Source: an uncultured Hyphomicrobiaceae bacterium
GTDB lineage: Bacteria; Pseudomonadota; Alphaproteobacteria; Rhizobiales; Hyphomicrobiaceae
Assembly: GCA_964632265.1 (NCBI GenBank)
Contig: CAZWCL010000001.1
Coordinates: 1 to 29,270, forward strand
Reading direction: 5' to 3'
Length of the DNA: 29,270 bases
Shown here: positions 27,435-29,270 of the stretch, in pieces
Layout: the number at the start of each line of letters is the position of its first letter
Numbering within the stretch: position 1 is the stretch's first letter
The notes under the pieces: model-generated
Told to the model about the DNA's origin: nothing
Seen by the model: the letters and a program-made list of their open reading frames with translations, nothing else
The model's database searches: none
Translations under genes and position numbers: made by a program

Positions 27435-28328
27435 TCAGCGTTCACAAGCGCGGAGCGCCTGCAGCGGCGATACCGCCTTATCAATGTCACGCCAGGGGTC
27501 CTTGGTCTGGCCAAGCCGCCGGAAGATGTTGGCAATAGTGTATTTCTGCGGCGTCATGTCGGGCCTCAGCGCTTCGTCCCACGCAAGCGGCGTCGCAATC
27601 GGGGCCCCCGGCAATGCGCGGACGGCGTAGGGCGCCACCGCGGTCTGCCCGTAGGCGTTGCGTGCTGTATCCAGATAAACGCGGTCACGCCGGTCGGTCT
27701 TACGCTGCTCGGTAGTGAGTTCATCCGAGTTGGCGTCAGCCAGCGTTTTCGCAATCCGCTGGGCGCATCCTCGAACCTCATCAAAGGTGGCGGCACGCCT
27801 GAGCGGCACGATGACGTGGAGACCGCGCGAACCAGTCGTCTGGACGAAAGATTCGATGTCGTGCTGCCCGAAGAGCTTGCGAAGGCGCATGGCTGCCCGT
27901 TGCACCTTGGAAAAGTCGTCATCCGCGGGATCGAGATCCAAGATCATCCGGTCAGGCGTTTCGACCTTGTCAATGCGTGACAATCCCAGGTGCGGCGTGA
28001 TCATGCCCTGGTTCGCGAGATACACCAGTGTCGCGGGTCCGTTGATAACAACCTGACGGACCGTGCCATCTTTCTTTTCCAGTGCGGCCGTTTCAATCCA
28101 GTCGGGAAAATAGTCTGATGCGTTTTTCTGGAAGAACCCATTCTTTGCAATTCCATCCGGAAACCGCTGCATCGTCAACGCGCGGCCGCGATAATGCGGC
28201 AGCGCCGCATCGGCCACCTTGGCATAATAATCAACGAGATCACCCTTGGTGATGTCGCTTGCCGGAAAGAAGACCTTATCCCGATTGCTGATCTCAATGT
28301 CGTGGCCTTCGAGTTCGATCCGCCCCAT
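27435..28328 (-). CDS. ligD: Stand-alone LigD polymerase (primase-polymerase, PolDom)
   Basis: ISNRDKVFFP..ITKGDLVDYY, QRFPDGI...FFQKN, MILDLDP, TTGSRGLHV, YLDTARNAYGQTAVAPYAVRA. GGAGG RBS. Confidence 0.92.
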   Translation of the reverse strand: MGRIELEGHDIEISNRDKVFFPASDITKGDLVDYYAKVADAALPHYRGRALTMQRFPDGIAKNGFFQKNASDYFPDWIETAALEKKDGTVRQVVINGPATLVYLANQGMITPHLGLSRIDKVETPDRMILDLDPADDDFSKVQRAAMRLRKLFGQHDIESFVQTTGSRGLHVIVPLRRAATFDEVRGCAQRIAKTLADANSDELTTEQRKTDRRDRVYLDTARNAYGQTAVAPYAVRALPGAPIATPLAWDEALRPDMTPQKYTIANIFRRLGQTKDPWRDIDKAVSPLQALRACER

Positions 28329-28340
28329 TTAGCAAACCTC

Positions 28341-29270
28341 CTATGACTCGCGCACGACGTCGGCAGGTTTCTTGTCCCGGCGCAGTCCGAGGTAACGTGG
28401 ATGACGCAGCCGTCCATTGTTTGTCCATTCAGTGAAGCCGAATTCACCGACAAGCTTTGGCGACAGCCATGTGACCTGCGATGCTTTGTGCTTGCCGATG
28501 CCGTCAACGAATGGCGATGCTTCGATTATCAGATCATCGAAACGCTTGCGCAGGCGGGTTAGTGTTTCGTCGTCAAAGCCTGTGCCAACCTTTCCCGCAT
28601 AGCGCAGCTTGCCGTTTTCATAGTAGCCAACAAGCACGGCGCCGAAGCCGTGGCGTTCACCGTGCGGCTCGGTGAACCCACCAATTACGAGTTCCTGGCC
28701 GCGCGAGCATTTGAACTTAAGCCAGTCCCTGGTGCGCTTATGCTGATAGGCGCCGGCGGCACGTTTTGCGATCAGACCCTCCCAGCCCTTTTCGCAGGCT
28801 TCCGCGAGAAAGGCCTCTCCATCTGAGTTCCGATGGGTCGTGAACCGGAGGGGGTCGTCAAATGCAACCTCTGTCTTCAAAACTACCTTGCGCGTTCTGA
28901 GCGGCAATCGCTCCAACCGTGATTGGCCGAAAAAGATGATATCAAACACGTAGTAGAAAACGGGGATGCGGCGACGGTGGGCGTCGTCCGGGTCTTTTGC
29001 ATGCATGCGCTGCTGCAACTTCGCGAAGCTCGTGACCTTGCCCTCGAACGCTACGATCTCACCGTCGAGAATACAGGCGTCGGGCACGGCCTTGCCAAGG
29101 GCTTCGCTGATTTCGGGATAAGTCCTGGTGACGTCACTCCTGTTGCGCGTCATCAGCCGGCACTTGCCATCCATGCAGAAGGCCAGGATGCGCTCGCCAT
29201 CCAGCTTGCGTTCAAAAATCCAGTCGGGGTCGGAGAAATGGTCGTGTGTCAGAGTTGCGAGCATCGGCTC
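28341..29270 (-). CDS. ligD: LigD-type ATP-dependent DNA ligase domain; 5' end probably outside the window
   Basis: (EP)MLATL, ERKLDGER (motif I), LDGEIV, YYVFDI, EGLIAKR, WLKFK, and OB-fold AGKVGTGF...LRHPRYLGLRRDK. Frame stays open to the window edge. Confidence 0.92.
   Translation of the reverse strand, partial: EPMLATLTHDHFSDPDWIFERKLDGERILAFCMDGKCRLMTRNRSDVTRTYPEISEALGKAVPDACILDGEIVAFEGKVTSFAKLQQRMHAKDPDDAHRRRIPVFYYVFDIIFFGQSRLERLPLRTRKVVLKTEVAFDDPLRFTTHRNSDGEAFLAEACEKGWEGLIAKRAAGAYQHKRTRDWLKFKCSRGQELVIGGFTEPHGERHGFGAVLVGYYENGKLRYAGKVGTGFDDETLTRLRKRFDDLIIEASPFVDGIGKHKASQVTWLSPKLVGEFGFTEWTNNGRLRHPRYLGLRRDKKPADVVRES

Noticed and set aside
26633-27535. 300-aa version of the HhH ORF
   Set aside because: The first 88 codons overlap the polymerase 3' end and span the EcfG-like promoter; the start at 27271 fits better.

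Overview
Alphaproteobacterial-looking window (inferred from gene content and promoter motifs; no RNA genes, CRISPR arrays or mobile elements seen). In order it holds: (1) the tail of a PQQ biosynthesis operon (pqqB cut by the window edge, pqqC, and one ORF fusing PqqD to PqqE); (2) a Cu(I)/Ag(I) efflux unit (cusB-cusA-cusF, no cusC or cusRS) preceded by a CueR-type promoter and a His-rich, CxxC- and RGPP-containing exported leader ORF resembling copper-sensing ribosome-arrest peptides; (3) a yhiI-rbbA-yhhJ ABC export module; (4) a split UxaA-family lyase plus an Ldh_2/ComC-like dehydrogenase; (5) a stress-type block with four correctly oriented EcfG-like promoters (GGAAC-N16/17-NGTT) ahead of SRPBCC + Zn-dehydrogenase, a PRC-barrel protein, an SDR and an HhH protein. 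Interleaved with block 5 are DUF502, an uncharacterised PEMT-like + HxD..H dioxygenase-like pair, a ThDP enzyme, a ZIP transporter and split LigD polymerase and ligase genes. Best novelty candidates: the two-layer copper control of cusBAF (CueR box + RGPP leader), the methyltransferase/dioxygenase pair, and the PqqD-PqqE fusion. All family calls come from motif recognition by eye; no database searches were run.
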